Assembly: GCF_000150275.1 (NCBI RefSeq)
Contig: NW_002060966.1
Coordinates: 1 to 12,770, forward strand
Origin: Trichoplax adhaerens
Taxonomy: Eukaryota > Animalia > Placozoa
Direction of reading: 5' to 3'
DNA: 12,770 nt
Made by a program: the position numbers and the translations under genes. The notes below the pieces were generated by a model, which saw nothing but the letters and a program-made list of their open reading frames with translations, was not told the origin of the DNA and did no database searches. This document shows, one piece after another, positions 9,750-12,770 of this stretch (the stretch's first letter is position 1; every line of letters starts with the position of its first letter).

Positions 9750-10383
9750 TTGCCTGCATGAATAAAGGTCAAAAAGTTGCCATTGAAATGTAATGAAATG
9801 AAAAGTGTAGAGATCAAGCTACAAAAGTTTAACAAACTTTCATTCTACTTTCGTTGCACTCCGGTCGACTTAACGCTAATACTTTGGCACCAAATAAAAA
9901 TTTGGGGAAATAATCGAACAACAACTTATTACAAAACAAAATGGAGAGAAGTACAAACCGAACAACCTTACAAGTACTTAGCTTTAAGTATTAATAAAAT
10001 AAGTGACAGACTTAAAAACTGTCAACGACCAAACAACCTTTCAAAAAGAAGAACGTTTTAACTTACGACAATTTGACCCCGAAGGCCTTTTAAATTCTAC
10101 AAGTTCTTCAAATAAAATCTTCTTCTACTCTCTCTCTAAATTTTCTAATTGCACTATCATTTACAGGCTTCGTAGAGCCGTCAGAGGTATTTAAAACTAA
10201 ACAATTGCTAACCAATCGCTCTTAAGATCCGTTTTAGAAAACTACTTTGCACCATTTATCGCCATTTAAGAAAACAAAAATCATTCAAAGTTCAGACACA
10301 ATTTACCCTACGATTCCCCTACAAAACACTATAAAACTAACAAGCTAACTATAAAAATATATGAAACTTCACTTCTAACATAA
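9750..10383 (+). mobile_element. Decayed non-LTR retrotransposon (CR1/L2-like) ORF2 RT C-terminal relic
   Basis: Ordered motifs across frameshifts: LKCNEMKSVEI, PYKYLALSI (cf. YKYLG), KRRTF/NLRQF, IFFYSLSKFSNCTIIY, LRRAVRGI, TLHHLSP. The plus strand is A/C-rich and G-poor. No intact YxDD seen. Confidence 0.5.
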
Positions 10384-11851
10384 TTTCTATCTTTAACACA
10401 CTATGAAAGTCTAAAAATCAACCTTTAAACATCAAGATTTAGTCATAAAAATAACATTCTAACTACTTAACAATCAACACAACCTCTGCCAATTTCCATC
10501 TTATTTTCTATTTTCCTCACTAAATTCTCCTAATGTGACTTCAAGTCACGTCATAAAATTCCAAAGTTTCAAATTCATAACAAAAGGTTCAAATTTCAAA
10601 AATCAACTCTTAGATATTTTTCATAAACTAAAATCCAAAAATTAAAACAAGAAAATTATATCGGACATAAATGCGACCGGTTCCGGAATCCGAATCCGAA
10701 AAATTCGGTTTTTATAAAGATCACAGTAATCGCTTATCAAAAAAATTTATACGACTATTACGACTACTTTTCTGATATTAGTATCGCTGAGTATTCGCGA
10801 GTATTGATAGTTGATGTTTTAGCGTCAGATCGGTAACTGTACGATTATAGACTGCATTACAGTACTTTACCGTCTTGTTATACATCCCCTTTGTCTAAGG
10901 ATAGGGTTTTGCTACTAAGTCAAATTCTTTTATAATTTGAATAGACGATCAAACGCCCTTTCTTTAGATTAGACAATTGCTCTCGGGCGACTTCTATAGT
11001 AATCTCTATATAATACCTTGTAAAATAATGAAAAAGAAATGATGGCGACATGATGATTTGGCAGGGTAAAACTTAAAGACACTATCACTTTCTAGGTATT
11101 TTGTATAGTAAAATAGTACTAGTTAGATACTAAAAGCTATAAAGGACTCTACTTTTAGTCCTTTACTACACAAACGTCTACTAATTGGTTTAAGAAGAGA
11201 GAAACAACAATTAAGGCCCTCTCGGGTTAGCGCACCCGTAGAGTCGCTTTTTGATTTTGATTGGAGAAAGAGATAGTTTAGATAAGACAGATAGGGTAGC
11301 ACATTAGGAATTGACTACGGACTTGTTAAGTAGGTTATTAATGGAGGCGGTACGTGTAAATGATAAAATTAGTATATTGAGTATTATAATTATTATTGTT
11401 GCTTTCAAGTGACTACGTTTAACACATTAGCTGTAAATAAGGATTCATTAGAATTCCTTGAATTGATTGGTTTTGTAATCTAACACTGTTAACTAACTCG
11501 TTTATCTATTTGATTTATACTAATTTCTGTTTTGAAGCCTCATAGTAAGCCTATGAGGAAAGTAACAAATATTTGCTTCCATTGATAGTGTGTACGAAGG
11601 TTGTAGTGCCACAACTATAAACGGACATGGCAAATTACTGCAACTTTAATCTTATTTTGTTTGATTTCATTAATCAACAACCTTAATAAACTATAGTACA
11701 TTTTTATCCCTTTGGAGTGATCTCGCTGTGAGACCGTCAAGCACCCTGATCCCAACCAACTGACTGTTGAAGAAGGCAATTGTTTACGGTAGAATTGGGC
11801 AAATTATGCAGGCCGTGACCAATCTTCAGGACAAAATCATTCTTAGGAATG

Positions 11852-12279
11852 GCCGCAACATTACTGGAAAGAAAATAATCCATTACACAAGAATGTAGTT
11901 ATAAGACGTAATGATAGTTTATTGATTTGATAAACACCGTATGATAGGGTCAAACTTTAAACCAAAATAGAAAATAGCTCGAATAAGCTGCTAATATGAC
12001 GCTCTAATACGCAATCACTTTGCATAACCGCCGTAACATAGTTTACTTAAGATTACTTGGCTTGGGATATGCTAATGTTAATATATTTATGGCATTATAC
12101 ATGTTTTCAATAGATAAGCGTATCAGTTTATGATCTTATTAAAGTACTGATGAATAATATTCATGTCGATTGACCATAACTTGACTGATTTAATTTTATT
12201 TTATTTTATTTAAGGTTAACTATCTTAAAATATATTGATATTAATTTATCTATGACGTCATACATGTTTTTAATATGCT
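11852..12279 (+). repeat. Copy B of ~430-bp diverged direct repeat
   Basis: Homologous to 60-491 in the same orientation, offset ~11.79 kb. Confidence 0.95.
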
Positions 12280-12350
12280 TTTGTAAAACTGTAGTATCTA
12301 AGTACTGATGAGTAATGATTATATAGATTGACTATAAAAGGATTGATTTT
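12078..12350 (+). repeat. Degenerate ~160-bp tandem duplication
   Basis: The motifs tatg..(t/c)atacatgtttt, aagtactgatga.taat and gattgac.ataa recur in the same order from ~12078 and ~12241. A partial equivalent lies at ~291 and ~453. Confidence 0.65.
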
Positions 12351-12770
12351 TCAATAAAGTTTTGAGTTCAGCTTTGTTTAAGAGAGACTAGTGGTGTGAG
12401 AATTTCTTCTAATGATAAGAGATCATCAGTATTCAGAATCGAACTGTAGTTATCTATAAATAAACTCTTAGAATTTAGTTTCTGCAGCTGTAGCATTTCC
12501 ATGTTTCATGACTTCTGTTAATTACAGTAGTCATACGATAGAGTTAAGATCCCTAACACTACACCTCATTACAAATTTAAATTTATAACACGCTCATTGA
12601 TGATTGTTTTCCGTGTTATCAATGGGTTCATCAGCATTCTTTCCCTTCTAGCAATAAAGAATTCTACAATTACATAGGATTATCATTTACTTAACTGTTC
12701 TATTCAGAGAGTCATAAAATAACATGCAAGTATAATATTCTATGAGATCAATGCAAATATGGAAATACTT

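Noticed and set aside
1-12770. CRISPR arrays, tRNA/rRNA genes, prokaryotic operons or terminators
   Set aside because: No regularly spaced repeat-spacer pattern or RNA gene signature was seen, and the sequence is intron-containing eukaryotic DNA.

Overview
AT-rich eukaryotic (animal) genomic DNA with short GT-AG introns and a 50-N assembly gap (8370-8419). The composition and gene type are compatible with a placozoan-like or other marine invertebrate genome, but this is inference only. The main feature is a minus-strand, multi-exon leucine-rich-repeat G protein-coupled receptor (LGR, RXFP/GRL101-like hinge and 7TM, no LDLa module visible) spanning about 6120 to 1186: signal-peptide exon, LRRNT exon, a series of ~72-nt phase-2 LRR exons, and one large hinge+7TM exon. 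The gene looks pseudogenised. A 517-bp solo-LTR-like insertion with a 5-bp target-site duplication (ATAGG) splits the 7TM exon in intracellular loop 1, and removing it restores the frame exactly. There are also a GA-for-GT splice donor, 73-nt frameshifted LRR exons, an LRR half-exon remnant and losses of conserved residues. A ~430-bp diverged direct repeat at both window ends (offset ~11.8 kb) suggests a tandem duplication unit. The region upstream of the ATG contains nested local duplications, and ~9.75-10.4 kb looks like a decayed non-LTR retrotransposon RT C-terminus. I found no evidence for a wholly novel biological system. The best leads are the LTR-like element and an apparent birth-and-death array of LDLa-less LGRs.
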